Assembly (NCBI GenBank): GCA_049647505.1
Contig: JBARXU010000013.1
Span: 92,091 to 156,090 of the forward strand
From: Mesorhizobium sp.
GTDB taxonomy: Bacteria; Pseudomonadota; Alphaproteobacteria; Rhizobiales; Rhizobiaceae
Length of the DNA stretch: 64,000 nt
Reading direction: 5' to 3'
In this document: positions 25,872 through 36,700 of the stretch, one piece after another
How positions within the stretch are numbered: the first letter of the stretch is position 1
Layout of the letters: each line of letters starts with the position of its first letter
Position numbers and translations under genes: made by a program
The notes under the pieces: model-generated
Told to the model about the DNA's origin: nothing
Database searches by the model: none
The model's input: only the letters and a program-made list of their open reading frames with translations

Positions 25872-28851
25872 GGAGGCGCTCCCCCTTCTCATCGATGAAC
25901 ACCTGGCCCACAACCTCGACCTCGATGGTCCTGTCCGGCATCGGCACATAAAGCGTCTCGCCCGTCCGGTCGAAGCCGCCCGCCACCAGGCCGAGCGCGA
26001 TCGAGCGACCGGCATTTTCCGACCAGTAACTCGACGTCACATGGCCGAGCATCCTCATCGGGATCGGCTGCTTCGGATCGGCGACGATCTGCGCCCCTTC
26101 CTCAAGCACGATCTTCGGGTCTTTCGTCTTCAGGCCGACAAGCTGCTTGCGCCCTTTGGCGACGATATCCGGCCGTTTCAAACCGCGAATGCCGACAAAA
26201 TCGGTCTTCTTTTTACCAACGGCCCAGTCGAGCCCCGCATCCTGCGGCGTCACCGTGCCGTCGGTATCCTGCCCGACGATGATATAGCCCTTTTCGGCGC
26301 GCAGCACGTGCATGGTCTCCGTACCATAGGCGCAGGCGCCATGCTTCTGCCCTTCCGCCCAGACAGCGTCCCAGACCGCCGGGCCGTAATCGGCGGGCAC
26401 ATTTATTTCAAAGCCGCGCTCGCCGGTGAACGACATGCGGAACAGCCGCGTCGGCACGCCGCAGATCTTGCCCTCGCGCACCGACATATGCGGCATCGCA
26501 GCGTCCGTCAGGTCGATGCCTTCGACCAGCGGTGCGATGATGTCACGGCTCCTCGGCCCCTGAACCGCGATCACCGCCCATTGTTCGGAAATCGAGGTCA
26601 GCCACACCTTCAGGTGCGGGAACTCTGTCTGGAGATAATCCTCCATATGGTTCATCACGCGCGCCGCGCCGCCCGTCGTTGTGGTGACGTGGAAGCGGTC
26701 CGGCGCCAGCCTGCCGACCACGCCGTCATCATAGATGAAGCCATCCTCGCGCAGCATGATGCCATAGCGGCAGCGGCCGGGTTCCAGCTTCTCCCACGGA
26801 TTGGTGTAGAGCAGTTCCATGAACTTCGCCGCGTCCGGCCCGACGACCTCGATCTTGCCAAGCGTCGATGCGTCGAAAATGCCCGCCGCATTGCGCACCG
26901 TGACGCATTCACGGTTGACGGCAGCGTGCATGTCCTCGCCAGCGCGCGGATAGTACCAGGCGCGCTTCCACTGGCCGACATCCTCAAACACCGCGCCAAG
27001 CCGCTCCTCCTGCGCGTGGAACGGCGTGCGCCGCGTCGGATCGAACAGCCTGCCCCGCGCATGGCCGATGAACGATCCGAACGTCACTGGCGTATAGGGG
27101 GCGCGGAACGTCGTCAGCCCCACCTCCGGCATCTCCTTGCCCAGCGCTTCCGCGGCAATCGCCAGACCGTGAATGTTCGACGTCTTGCCCTGATCGGTCG
27201 CCATGCCATTGGTGGTGAAGCGCTTCACGTGCTCGATCGAACGCATGCCTTCACGCACCGCCAGCCTGATGTCCTTGGCGGTCACATCGTTCTGGAAATC
27301 GACAAACGCCTTGCCGGTCGATTCAGGCCCCGCACCCGGTGCCGCACCCGCCAGATTTCCGCTCCAGCTCTCCGACGCATCGACCTTCGACTTGGTGCTC
27401 GGCGTGCCTGCGACGCCAGCGGCCTTCGCCGCCCTTTCGCCCGCCGCAATGCCTTCCCTGATGCAGTCGGCCAGCGTGTCGACGCCGTTGCAAGCGCCAG
27501 CCGACACGCAGTCTTGCGCATAAGTTCCGGGCAGGAAGCGGCGCGTATCGGCGTCAAACGCCACCTTGCCGCGCGACTGAGAGAACAGATGCAGCGACGG
27601 CGTCCATCCGGCCGACATCAGAAGCGCGTCGATAGCGATGTTGCGGTCCGGCCCGCCTGCATTGGCGCGAACCGTCATCGACGACACGCGCAGCTTGCCT
27701 GCCGTCGAAATCACAGTGCGGCCGGGCAGGATTTCAATTCCCGCCGCCCTCGCCTCGTCAATCAGCGTCCCGGCGGGATTGTCGCGAATGTCGACGATGG
27801 ATGCGATGTTGACGCCCGCGCGCTTCAGGTCGAGTGCCGCCGCATAGGCGGAATCGTTCGCCGTGAACACGCCGACATTTTTCCCGACCGCGACCCCATA
27901 CTGGTTGAGATAGGTGCGCGCGGCAGACGCCAGCATGACGCCCGGACGGTCATTGCCGTCAAACACCATATGCCGCTCGATCGAGCCGGTCGCCAGCACG
28001 ACGCGCTTGGCGCGCACCTGCCACAGACGTTCGCGCGGCAGGTCGCCGGTCGTCGCCAGATGGTCGCTCACGCGCTCGGTCAGGCCGACGAAATTCTGCG
28101 CGTAATAGCCAAACGCCGTCGCTCGCGTCAGCAGGCGGACATTGTCCATCGCCTTAAGGCGCGCGACCATTTCCTGCGCCCACTGCCAGCCCGGTCTGCC
28201 GTCGATCTGCGAGCCGCTTTCAAAGCGCAGCGCGCCGCCGAACTCGGCCTGCTCGTCGGCCAGCATCACGGATGCGCCGGCCTCTGCCGCAGCGAGCGCC
28301 GCAGCCAGGCCCGATACGCCGCCGCCCAGAACCAGCACGTCGCAATGGGCGAAGCGGCCGGCATAATGGTCCGGGTCGGGCTTGTCGGGCGACACGCCAA
28401 GGCCCGCTGCCGCGCGGATATTCGGCTCATAGAGCTTTTCCCAGGCCCAGCGCGGCCACATGAACGTCTTGTAGTAGAAGCCTGCGGCAAAGAAGGGCGC
28501 GGCAAGCGAATTGACGGCACCCACGTCGAAGGCAAGCGAGGGCCAGCGGTTCTGCGAAACCGCCGTCATGCCCTCATAAATTTCCTGCACGGTCGCCCGC
28601 ACATTCGGCGTCTTGCGCGCCTCGTCGCGATGAATGCCGACAAGCGCGTTCGGCTCTTCCGCCCCCGCTGCCAGCACGCCACGCGGACGATGATACTTGA
28701 ACGAGCGCCCCATCAGATGGACGCCGTTTGCCAGAAGCGCGGACGCCAGCGTGTCGCCTTCCAGCCCCTTGTAGCTCTTGCCGTCGAAGGAGAAATTGAC
28801 GGGTCTGGCCGAACCAAGACGACCAGCGCCCGCAACACGGAACCCGGTCAT
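25864..28851 (-). CDS. soxA: sarcosine oxidase subunit alpha
   Basis: 995 aa. FSFDGKSYKGLEGDTLASALLANGVHLMGRSFKYHRPRG, the dinucleotide motif VLVLGGGVSGLAAAL, and a C-terminal aminomethyltransferase (GcvT-like) folate-binding region. Confidence 0.9.
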   Translation of the reverse strand: MTGFRVAGAGRLGSARPVNFSFDGKSYKGLEGDTLASALLANGVHLMGRSFKYHRPRGVLAAGAEEPNALVGIHRDEARKTPNVRATVQEIYEGMTAVSQNRWPSLAFDVGAVNSLAAPFFAAGFYYKTFMWPRWAWEKLYEPNIRAAAGLGVSPDKPDPDHYAGRFAHCDVLVLGGGVSGLAAALAAAEAGASVMLADEQAEFGGALRFESGSQIDGRPGWQWAQEMVARLKAMDNVRLLTRATAFGYYAQNFVGLTERVSDHLATTGDLPRERLWQVRAKRVVLATGSIERHMVFDGNDRPGVMLASAARTYLNQYGVAVGKNVGVFTANDSAYAAALDLKRAGVNIASIVDIRDNPAGTLIDEARAAGIEILPGRTVISTAGKLRVSSMTVRANAGGPDRNIAIDALLMSAGWTPSLHLFSQSRGKVAFDADTRRFLPGTYAQDCVSAGACNGVDTLADCIREGIAAGERAAKAAGVAGTPSTKSKVDASESWSGNLAGAAPGAGPESTGKAFVDFQNDVTAKDIRLAVREGMRSIEHVKRFTTNGMATDQGKTSNIHGLAIAAEALGKEMPEVGLTTFRAPYTPVTFGSFIGHARGRLFDPTRRTPFHAQEERLGAVFEDVGQWKRAWYYPRAGEDMHAAVNRECVTVRNAAGIFDASTLGKIEVVGPDAAKFMELLYTNPWEKLEPGRCRYGIMLREDGFIYDDGVVGRLAPDRFHVTTTTGGAARVMNHMEDYLQTEFPHLKVWLTSISEQWAVIAVQGPRSRDIIAPLVEGIDLTDAAMPHMSVREGKICGVPTRLFRMSFTGERGFEINVPADYGPAVWDAVWAEGQKHGACAYGTETMHVLRAEKGYIIVGQDTDGTVTPQDAGLDWAVGKKKTDFVGIRGLKRPDIVAKGRKQLVGLKTKDPKIVLEEGAQIVADPKQPIPMRMLGHVTSSYWSENAGRSIALGLVAGGFDRTGETLYVPMPDRTIEVEVVGQVFIDEKGERLHG

Positions 28852-29147
28852 GCCTTCACTCCCAGAGCCTTCATGGTCGGCTTCTTTTCGCCTGCCTTGT
28901 AGGTAGCGAGAAACTTGTCGCTGACGCTGTCGCGCGCGGCATTGAAGAAGCGGCCGCAGCCCGAGATATGCCGCCAGCGCTCAAAAACGACGCCCTTGCG
29001 ATTGTCGCGGATGAAGAAGAATTTTTCGAATTCCTCGTCCGATATCTCCGCCATATTTGTCGGACGCGCGATATGAGCTTCGCCCGCGCCGCGAAATTCG
29101 AGTTCAGGACGATCTTCCCCGCAATAGGGGCAACGGATCAGCAGCAT
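28848..29147 (-). CDS. soxD: sarcosine oxidase subunit delta
   Basis: 99 aa. MLLIRCPYCGEDRPELEFRGAGEAHIARP is the typical SoxD zinc-ribbon start. ATGA-type overlap with soxA. Confidence 0.85.
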   Translation of the reverse strand: MLLIRCPYCGEDRPELEFRGAGEAHIARPTNMAEISDEEFEKFFFIRDNRKGVVFERWRHISGCGRFFNAARDSVSDKFLATYKAGEKKPTMKALGVKA

Positions 29148-29156
29148 GATTTCCCC

Positions 29157-30410
29157 CTAGTGCGCCACGGCGGCGGCAGCCGCCTCGTCGATCAGGCGGC
29201 CGGTGCGGAACCGCTCCAGCGTGAAGCCCGCATTGATCTGATGCGGCTCGTCCCTGGCGATGGTGTGCGCAAACACATGGCCCGAACCCGGCGTCGCCTT
29301 GAAGCCGCCCGTGCCCCAGCCGCAATTGACGTAGAGCCCCTTGACCGGCGTCTTCGCCACGATCGGCGAGCGATCCGGCGTCACATCGACGATGCCGCCC
29401 CATGAGCGCAGCATCTTCATGCGCGTGAAGATCGGGAACATCTCGCAGATGGCGTCGAGCGTATGCGTCAGAATATGCAGCCCGCCCGTCTGCGAATAGG
29501 AAGTGTATTGATCGGTGCCCGCGCCGATGACCAGTTCGCCCTTGTCGGACTGCGAGATATAGGCATGCACCGTGTTCGACATGACCACGCAGGGGAAGAT
29601 CGGCTTGACCGGCTCCGATACCAGCGCCTGAAGCGGAAAACTCTCAAGCGGCATACGCACATCGGCCATGCCCATGACGACCGACGAATGGCCGGCTGCA
29701 ACGACGCCGACCTTCTTTGCGCCGATGAAACCGCGCGTCGTCTCGACGCCGGTCACCTCGCCTGTCGGCGCGCGCTTGATTCCGGTCACTTCGCAGTTCT
29801 GGATAATGTGGACGCCGCGCGCCGAGGCCGCGCGCGCATACCCCCAGGCAACCGCATCATGGCGCGCGGTGCCGCCCCGCCGTTGCAGGGTCGCACCCAC
29901 GACCGGATAGCGCGCATCCTTCGAGATATTGAGCGGCGGGCAGAATTCCTTCGCCTGCTCGGGCGTCAGCCACTCATTGTCGACACCGTTGAGGCGGTTG
30001 GCATGCACATGGCGCTTCAGCGACTGAATGTCGTGGACATTGTGCGCCAGCATCATCACGCCGCGCGCCGAATACATGACGTTGTAGTTCAGGTCCTTCG
30101 ACAGCCCGTCCCACAGCTTCACGGCGTGATCGTAGATCCCGGCACTCTCGTCATAGAGATAGTTCGACCGGATGATGGTCGTGTTTCGGCCCGTATTGCC
30201 GCCCCCCAGCCAGCCCTTTTCCAGCACCGCGACATTGGTGATGCCGTGCTCCTTGGCCAGATAATAGGCCGTGGCAAGCCCGTGGCCGCCGGCGCCTATG
30301 ATGATGACGTCATAGGCCGCGCGGGGCTCGGGCGAAGACCATTGCTCCCCCCATCCCTTGTGTGCGCGCATGGCCTCTCTGGCGATGGCGAATACGGAAA
30401 ATTTGCGCAT
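29157..30410 (-). CDS. soxB: sarcosine oxidase subunit beta
   Basis: 417 aa. FAD motif [24 protein letters not shown], with a DAO-family body. Confidence 0.9.
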   Translation of the reverse strand: MRKFSVFAIAREAMRAHKGWGEQWSSPEPRAAYDVIIIGAGGHGLATAYYLAKEHGITNVAVLEKGWLGGGNTGRNTTIIRSNYLYDESAGIYDHAVKLWDGLSKDLNYNVMYSARGVMMLAHNVHDIQSLKRHVHANRLNGVDNEWLTPEQAKEFCPPLNISKDARYPVVGATLQRRGGTARHDAVAWGYARAASARGVHIIQNCEVTGIKRAPTGEVTGVETTRGFIGAKKVGVVAAGHSSVVMGMADVRMPLESFPLQALVSEPVKPIFPCVVMSNTVHAYISQSDKGELVIGAGTDQYTSYSQTGGLHILTHTLDAICEMFPIFTRMKMLRSWGGIVDVTPDRSPIVAKTPVKGLYVNCGWGTGGFKATPGSGHVFAHTIARDEPHQINAGFTLERFRTGRLIDEAAAAAVAH

Positions 30411-30577
30411 CAGACGGTTCCGCTTTGACGGGCGTTGCTCAGTTCAACGTCCGCTCTATCACTAGCGAAATCGCATGTCAGGGGTTTGCGCTGTTTGCGA
30501 CGGCTCTTGCCGTTTTGCGCCATGAGATCACAACCACCCAGAAGCGGCCGACAGCCTCAGCCACAAGAACGACATGA

Positions 30578-32248
30578 TTGGCGCATTGGACGAAGCCAAT
30601 TCATCTGAGGCGAGCCAAATTGCCAGCCTATCGACCGACCATTCCCGCGCTTGGGCTCACTCTTGCCACCGCGATCTATCTTCTGGCCATCACCAACCGC
30701 ACATTCTGGTCGAAGGCGCTGGCCTATTTCGACGGCCACGGCCTGCAGCTCGCCGGTTTCGCGCTCGTCCTTCTGCTGCTGCATATCGCCGTTCTTGCGA
30801 TCTTTTCAGGCAAGCGGCTGCAAAAGCCCGTCGCCATCGCCTGCATTCTGATCGCGGCCGCCAGCAGCTATTTCGTCGACCGTTTCGGCGTCATTCTCGA
30901 CCGGCGCATGTTCGTCAACATCGTCGAGACGACGCAGACGGAAGCGGGCCAGTTGCTCACCCCCGCACTCGTCCTGCACATGCTGCTCTACGGCGTTCTT
31001 CCAGCGGCGGTCGTGATGTGGATAAGGATCGCCCCCCGGCCGCGCGGCGCAGCGTTCCGGCAGGCTGCCTTCACGTCGATCAGCGCATTCCTCGTCGCGC
31101 TGGCGATCGTCTCCTCCCAGGCGTCCTTCTACATACCGATGTGGCGGCTGGAGCGCACCGCAATGATGTCGACGCTCGTGCCCGCGACTCCTGTCGTCGG
31201 CGCAATCAGCTATGGCGTGCGCGAGTATCGCCTGCGCAACATCGTCATGAAGCCGCTCGGCACCGACGCAAGGACCGGCCCATCAATCGCCAAGGCCGAC
31301 CGCAAGGTCCTGACTGTCCTCGTCGTGGGCGAAACGGCCCGCGCGCAGAATTTCAGCCTTCTTGGCTATGCGCGCGACACCAATCCCGAGCTTGCAGCGC
31401 GCGACGTCATCGCGTTCTCCAATGTCAGCAGTTGCGGCACGGCGACCGCCGTGTCCCTGCCCTGCATGTTCTCCCATTTCGGCCGCGCGGGCTATTCCGA
31501 CCTCAAGAGCCTCGGCTCCGAAAACCTTGTCGACGTGCTCGCCCATGCCGGCCTTCAGGTCGAATGGTGGGACAACAATTCCGGCTCCAAGAAGACGGCA
31601 GCGCGCATCAAGGAAGTCGATTTCTACAAGGTCAAGGACGACCGCTTCTGCCAGCCCGAAGGCGGCGACTGCAATGACGACATCCTGATCAACCGGCTCA
31701 AGACCCATCTCGACGACTTCACCGGCAATGGCGTCCTTGTTCTGCACACCGGCGGCAGCCACGGCCCTGCTTATTACCTGCGCTATCCTGCCGACTTCGC
31801 CCGCTTCAAGCCCGATTGCCAAACCGCCCAGATTTCGGATTGCTCAAGCGAGGAACTGGTCAACGCCTATGACAATTCGATTCTCTTCACCGACCACATG
31901 CTGGCCGAGGTGATCGACCTGCTTGAATCGCGGCAGGACAAGTACGCGTCCGCCATGATCTACGTCTCAGACCACGGCGAATCGCTCGGCGAAGACGGCA
32001 TCTACCTGCACGGGGCGCCCTATGCGCTTGCCCCGTCCCAGCAGACGCATATTCCCATGATCGCCTGGTTTTCACAGGATTTTGCCCGCATCAATCGGTT
32101 GGACACCGTCTGCATTGCCGGCAAATCCGGCGCAGAACTGTCGCATGACAACCTGTTTTCGAGCGTTTTAGGCATGATGGACGTCTCGACAACCGCCTAT
32201 CAGCCTTCGCTCGATGCATTTGCACCATGCCGGACGCCGGATTCCTGA
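30578..32248 (+). CDS. phosphoethanolamine transferase (EptA/PmrC/MCR family)
   Basis: 556 aa with about 5 N-terminal TM helices, then a sulfatase-type domain with VVGETARAQNFSLLGY (nucleophile Thr context as in EptA/MCR), HTGGSHGPAYYLRYP and YVSDHGESLGE. TTG start as given in the track; the exact start is uncertain. Confidence 0.8.
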   Translation: MAHWTKPIHLRRAKLPAYRPTIPALGLTLATAIYLLAITNRTFWSKALAYFDGHGLQLAGFALVLLLLHIAVLAIFSGKRLQKPVAIACILIAAASSYFVDRFGVILDRRMFVNIVETTQTEAGQLLTPALVLHMLLYGVLPAAVVMWIRIAPRPRGAAFRQAAFTSISAFLVALAIVSSQASFYIPMWRLERTAMMSTLVPATPVVGAISYGVREYRLRNIVMKPLGTDARTGPSIAKADRKVLTVLVVGETARAQNFSLLGYARDTNPELAARDVIAFSNVSSCGTATAVSLPCMFSHFGRAGYSDLKSLGSENLVDVLAHAGLQVEWWDNNSGSKKTAARIKEVDFYKVKDDRFCQPEGGDCNDDILINRLKTHLDDFTGNGVLVLHTGGSHGPAYYLRYPADFARFKPDCQTAQISDCSSEELVNAYDNSILFTDHMLAEVIDLLESRQDKYASAMIYVSDHGESLGEDGIYLHGAPYALAPSQQTHIPMIAWFSQDFARINRLDTVCIAGKSGAELSHDNLFSSVLGMMDVSTTAYQPSLDAFAPCRTPDS

Positions 32249-32382
32249 TGCGATTTTGCGTCTGCGCTCTCGACAAATTGCGCCGCCCCTGCTAACAGGC
32301 CACCAAATTCGCGGTGGCTCGCCTCGCGGAAGCGACAGGCGTTATGCCCGCAGCAACTACTCGAGACCAAACAGGAGACCAC

Positions 32383-32637
32383 GTGCAGGTACTCGTACGC
32401 GATAACAATGTTGATCAGGCGCTCCGCGCTCTGAAGAAGAAGATGCAGCGCGAAGGCATTTTCCGCGAAATGAAGATGCGCGACCACTACGAGAAGCCCT
32501 CGGAGAAGCGTGCGCGTGAAAAGGCGGAAGGCGTTCGTCGCGCCCGCAAGATGGCCCGCAAGAAGCTGCAGCGCGAAGGCCTGCTGCCTGCGACGCCGAA
32601 GCCGGCTCCGCGCACCCCTGCGGCTCCGCGCCCGTAA
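32383..32637 (+). CDS. rpsU: 30S ribosomal protein S21
   Basis: [49 protein letters not shown] is near-canonical S21. GTG start at 32383 with AGGAGA 5 nt upstream. The track ORF start at 32314 is an over-extension. Confidence 0.85.
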   Translation: MQVLVRDNNVDQALRALKKKMQREGIFREMKMRDHYEKPSEKRAREKAEGVRRARKMARKKLQREGLLPATPKPAPRTPAAPRP

Positions 32638-32674
32638 CTGCCGCTTTTTCGTCCTTTTGGACTCCTAGAAAAAT

Positions 32675-32702
32675 GGCGCGGTGTGTTACCGCGCCTTTTT
32701 GT
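32675..32702 (+). terminator. rho-independent terminator after rpsU
   Basis: GGCGCGG-tgtgtta-CCGCGCC followed by TTTTTGTTT. Confidence 0.6.
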
Positions 32703-32757
32703 TTGCCGGCAGCTCCAAACAATGCTGCACTGGCCGATGAGTTGGGGATCGTCTTCG

Positions 32758-33612
32758 ATGAACGACAGCCATCCGATGTCCGGCCGCACTGCAAGGGGCC
32801 TTGCCACCTCTTTGATGGCGCTTTCGCTATTGGCCGTAGCCGGTTGCCAGACTGCGGCGGTCTACGACATCGCCACCGTCGAGACCGAGCAGTCGTCCGC
32901 GCAGAACATCGCCTCGCTGACGGCTGTCATCGCCCGCAATCCGAACGACCCCGAAGCCTACAATACCCGCGGCTATGCCTATGGCAGCGGCGGGCGCTAT
33001 GCCGACGCCATGAAGGACTTCGACATGGCGATCAGGCTCAAGCCCGATTTCTTCCAGGCCTACGCCAATCGCGGCCTGATCAATCGCTTTACCGGCAACA
33101 ATCCTGCGTCGATCAATGACTACAACCGCGCGCTGCAGATCAATTCGAACTACGACACCGCCTATATAGGGCGCGGCGAGGTCTACCGCACCACCGGCCG
33201 CGTTCAGGAGGCGTTCAACGACTTCGAGCGCGCCATCCAGCTCAACACCAAGGACCCGCGCGCCTTCCACCGTCGCGGCCTGCTCTACCAGGTCCGCGGA
33301 CAGCATGATTTCGCCATCGAGGATTTCTCGCGCGCCATCTCGCTCTCCTCCACGTCGCCTGAGCCCTATAACGGGCGCGGCCTGTCCTATCTGGCCCTCA
33401 ACGACAATGACAATGCGATGGCCGACTTCAATGCGGCCATCCACCTGAACGGCAAGCTGGCCGAAAGCTGGTCCAATCAGGCGCTGGCCTATGAGCGGCA
33501 GGGCGACAAGGCGCGCGCATCGAAGTCCTACCGCGAAGCGGTGCGCCTCGACACCAATTACCAGCCGGCCCGCGACGGTCTGCGCCGCGTCGGCGGCAAC
33601 GCGCCTTCCTGA
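32758..33612 (+). CDS. TPR-repeat lipoprotein
   Basis: Lipobox LLAVAGC after a basic N-terminus, followed by about 7 tandem 34-aa TPR units (repeated AYxxRGxxY...AxxDFxxAIxLxP pattern). The start is uncertain among ATGs at 32758, 32776 and upstream. Confidence 0.7.
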   Translation: MNDSHPMSGRTARGLATSLMALSLLAVAGCQTAAVYDIATVETEQSSAQNIASLTAVIARNPNDPEAYNTRGYAYGSGGRYADAMKDFDMAIRLKPDFFQAYANRGLINRFTGNNPASINDYNRALQINSNYDTAYIGRGEVYRTTGRVQEAFNDFERAIQLNTKDPRAFHRRGLLYQVRGQHDFAIEDFSRAISLSSTSPEPYNGRGLSYLALNDNDNAMADFNAAIHLNGKLAESWSNQALAYERQGDKARASKSYREAVRLDTNYQPARDGLRRVGGNAPS

Positions 33613-33688
33613 GGCTTATCTCGGCCTGAGACTTGACCCGGAACCGCATTCACGCGGCCATATCGGGAGGCCATCCCTGAAAAGACAA

Positions 33689-33722
33689 GAGGCGCGGCAG
33701 GTTCTGCCGCGCCTCTTTCGTT
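33689..33722 (+). terminator. rho-independent terminator between convergent TPR and RND genes
   Basis: GAGGCGCGGCA-ggttc-TGCCGCGCCTC followed by TTTCGTTTC, with AAAAGACAA on the 5' side, so it could act in both directions. Confidence 0.55.
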
Positions 33723-33747
33723 TCAACAGCGTCGATGACCCTGCTCT

Positions 33748-36700
33748 CTAATGCTGTTCGGCAACCTGACCGGCAGGCGTTTCGTTCTCGTCGGCATGTT
33801 TGGCGACATGCTTGCTCGACAGGTAGGTGTAGAACATCGGCACCACGAACAGCGTGAACATCGTCCCGATCAGGATACCGGTGAAGATCACCAGCCCCAT
33901 CGAGTAACGTGCTGCGGCACCTGCACCCTGCGCGGTGATCAACGGCACGACGCCCAGCGCCATTGCGGCCGTCGTCATCAGGATCGGCCTCAGGCGGACC
34001 TTGGCAGACGCGACGATGGCGTCGACGACATTCAGTCCGTGCTGCTCCCGCTGCTGGTTGGCAAATTCGACCAGCAGAATGCCGTGTTTGGTGATCAGTC
34101 CTATCAGTGTGATCAGCCCGACCTGCGTATAGATGTTCAGCGTTCCCAGCCCCAGATTGAGCGGCAGGATCGCGCCGAAGATCGACAGAGGCACGGACAT
34201 CAGCACGATGAGCGGATCGCGGAAGCTTTCGAACTGCGCCGCCAGCACCAGATAGATCACAATGACGGCAAGCCCGAATGCGATGGCGATCGTGTTGCCC
34301 TGCTGCTTCTCCAGGCGCGACTGGCCCGAATAGTCGATGAAGAAGCCGGCCGGCAAAATCGGCCGCGCGATATTCTCGATCGTGGCAAGGCCGTCGCCCG
34401 TCGTGACGCCCGGCAGCGGCAGGGCCGAGATCGTCGACGCATTCAACTGGTTGAACTGCTCGATGGAAGCCGGCGACGAATTGGTGGTGATGTCGATCAC
34501 CGCCGACAGCGGCACCATCTCACCGCTGGCGCTTCGTACAAAGAATTCGCCGAGCTTCTGCGGGTTGGAGCGATATTCCTCCGGCACCTGCATGATGATG
34601 TCGTAGCTGTTTGAATCGCGGTCGAACTGCGCAATCGCGCCTCCGCCGACCAGAAGGCCGAGCGTCGTGCCAATGTCGCGGATCGGCAGGCCAAGGGCCG
34701 CCGCACGGTCGCGATCGATCGAGATCGTGACCTGCGGCGCATCAAACGCCAGCGAGCTTTGAACGATGATGAACCGGCCGCTGGCTTGCGCTTCCTGTCG
34801 GATTCGGTCGGCAACCTCGAACACCTGGCTCGGATCGCCCGTCGATTGCACGACCATCGAGATCGGAAGGCCGCCGCCGGCACCCGGAAGGGATGGCGGC
34901 GCAAAAACCAGCGCCTGTACGCCGGCGATCTTGCCGAGCCGCGCCTGGATGTCGGTCTGAAGCTCCTTTTGCGAACGCTTGCGCGCCGACCAGTCCTTGA
35001 ACACCCAGACCGAGAAGCCGCTATTGGTCTCGCTGCCGAGGCCGACGATGGAGAAGGTGATGTCGAGTTCTTCGAGATCCTTCGTCACCTCGCGGATCTG
35101 GTCCATGTAGAGCGACGTATAGTCCGACGTCGCGTAACGCGGCCCGGTAACGAGCGCGAACAGTGCGCCAGCATCTTCTTCCGGCGCCAGTTCCGACGAC
35201 GTCTTGGTGAACATGAAGCCCGTGACGCCGACGAGAACAGCCACGATCAGCAGCGTGACCGGCCGGAAGCGGAGCGAGCCCCTGACCAGCCGTTCATAGC
35301 CGCCGGCAACGCGGTCAAACGTGCGATCGACGATCTGCTGGAAACGGCTGTGATTGCCCGCCTTCAGCAGGCGCGCAGCCATCATCGGCGTGATCGTGAG
35401 CGCCACGAATCCCGAAATCACCACCGCTCCTGCCAGAGTGAGGGCAAATTCGCGGAACAGCGACCCCGTCAGGCCGCCGGTAAAGGCGAGCGGCGCAAAC
35501 ACGGCCGCGAGCGTGATCGTCATGGCCACGACGGCTGTGGTGATTTCGCTCATGCCCTTGAAGGCAGCATCCATCGGCGACATGCCCTCTTCGATGTGCC
35601 GGTGGATGTTTTCCACCACCACGATGGCATCGTCGACGACCAGACCGATCGCCAGGACCATGGCAAGCAGCGACAGGAGGTTGATCGAGTATCCCGCCAG
35701 GAACAGCATGAAGCACACGCCGATCAGCGACAGGGGGATCGTCACCACCGGCATGGCCACCGACCGGAACGAGCCGAGGAACAGGATGATGACGACGATG
35801 ACGATGGCGACCGCCTCGGCGATGGTAACGAACACCTCCTCGATCGAGGACGAGATCGTTTCCGTCGCATTGTAGACGAGCCGCATCGACATGCCGTCCG
35901 GCAGGCTCGACTGGATCGACGGCAGTTCGTCGATGACGGCGCTGGCCGTATCGAGCGGATTTGCCGAAGGCGTCGGGAAGATGCCGACGAAGGTGCCGCG
36001 CTCGCCGTTGAAATTGACGACCGTGTCGGTCGACTTGGCGGCCAGTTCGACGCGGGCCACATCGCTCAGCCGCACAATGCCGTTCTGGTCGGCCTTGAGC
36101 GGGATGGCGGCAAACGCTTCGGGCGTCTGCAGCGTCGAGCGCATGGTGATCGAATAGGAGACGGAGTTGTCCTGCGTCTTGCCTGGAGCGGCCAGGAAGT
36201 TCGAACTGTTGATCGCGGCCAGAACCTCGGCGGCAGTCATCTTGCGCGAGGCAAGCTTGACCGGATCGATCCAGACCCGCATCGAATATTCGGCGGCGCC
36301 CAGCACCTGCACCTCGGCGACGCCCTGAATGGTCGACATGCGCGGGCGGATGACGCGCTCGATATATTCGGTCAGTTGCTCCGCCGTCATGTTCGGGTTT
36401 TGCAGCGCCAGATACATGATTGCGAACTGCTGGCCGGTGCCCTTGACTATGGTCGGGTCTTCCGCGTCGCCGGGAAGCTGGCTGCGCACCTGCTGCACCT
36501 TCGACATGACCTCGGTCAGCGCGACGTCGGGGTCCGCGCCAAGCTGCATCTGCACGGTCACGACGCTGGCCGACGGGCGGCTCTGCGAGGTGACATAGTC
36601 GATGTTCTCGGTCGTCGAGACGGCGCCCGCGATCGGCGCCGTGATGAAGCCTTGGATAAGCTCCGGGCTGGCACCCGGATAGAGCGTGGTGATGGTCACC

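Noticed and set aside
25576-28902. 1108-aa plus-strand ORF, the longest in the track. Similar long ORFs occur at 7654..9513(-), 54069..56450(+), 47294..49627(+), 34759..36822(+), 10240..11883(+), 39937..41553(+), 38277..39713(+), 5806..7026(-), 83..910(+), 907..2073(+), 22474..23202(-), 29463..30428(+) and 51839..52819(+).
   Set aside because: Each lies antisense to, or out of frame within, a gene with clear family motifs (soxA, RND permeases, the IOR-family gene, acyl-CoA synthetases, pnt genes and others). Their translations are Arg/Ala/Gly/His/Asp-rich low-information sequence, typical of shadow ORFs in high-GC DNA.
30411-30577. Possible glycine or other riboswitch in the soxB 5' leader and eptA upstream region.
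   Set aside because: I could not find the conserved glycine-riboswitch core (GGAGAG...CACCG) or any other riboswitch consensus on either strand.
30578-32248. The EptA/MCR-family gene as an acquired, mobile colistin-resistance determinant.
   Set aside because: There is no flanking IS or transposon sequence and no plasmid genes. By eye its codon and GC character is the same as its neighbours. It is most simply an intrinsic chromosomal gene.
32560-32637. Proline-rich C-terminal extension of ribosomal protein S21 ([18 protein letters not shown]) as something unusual.
   Set aside because: S21 C-termini are short, basic and variable between alphaproteobacterial paralogues. With no comparison set available I cannot argue it is exceptional.
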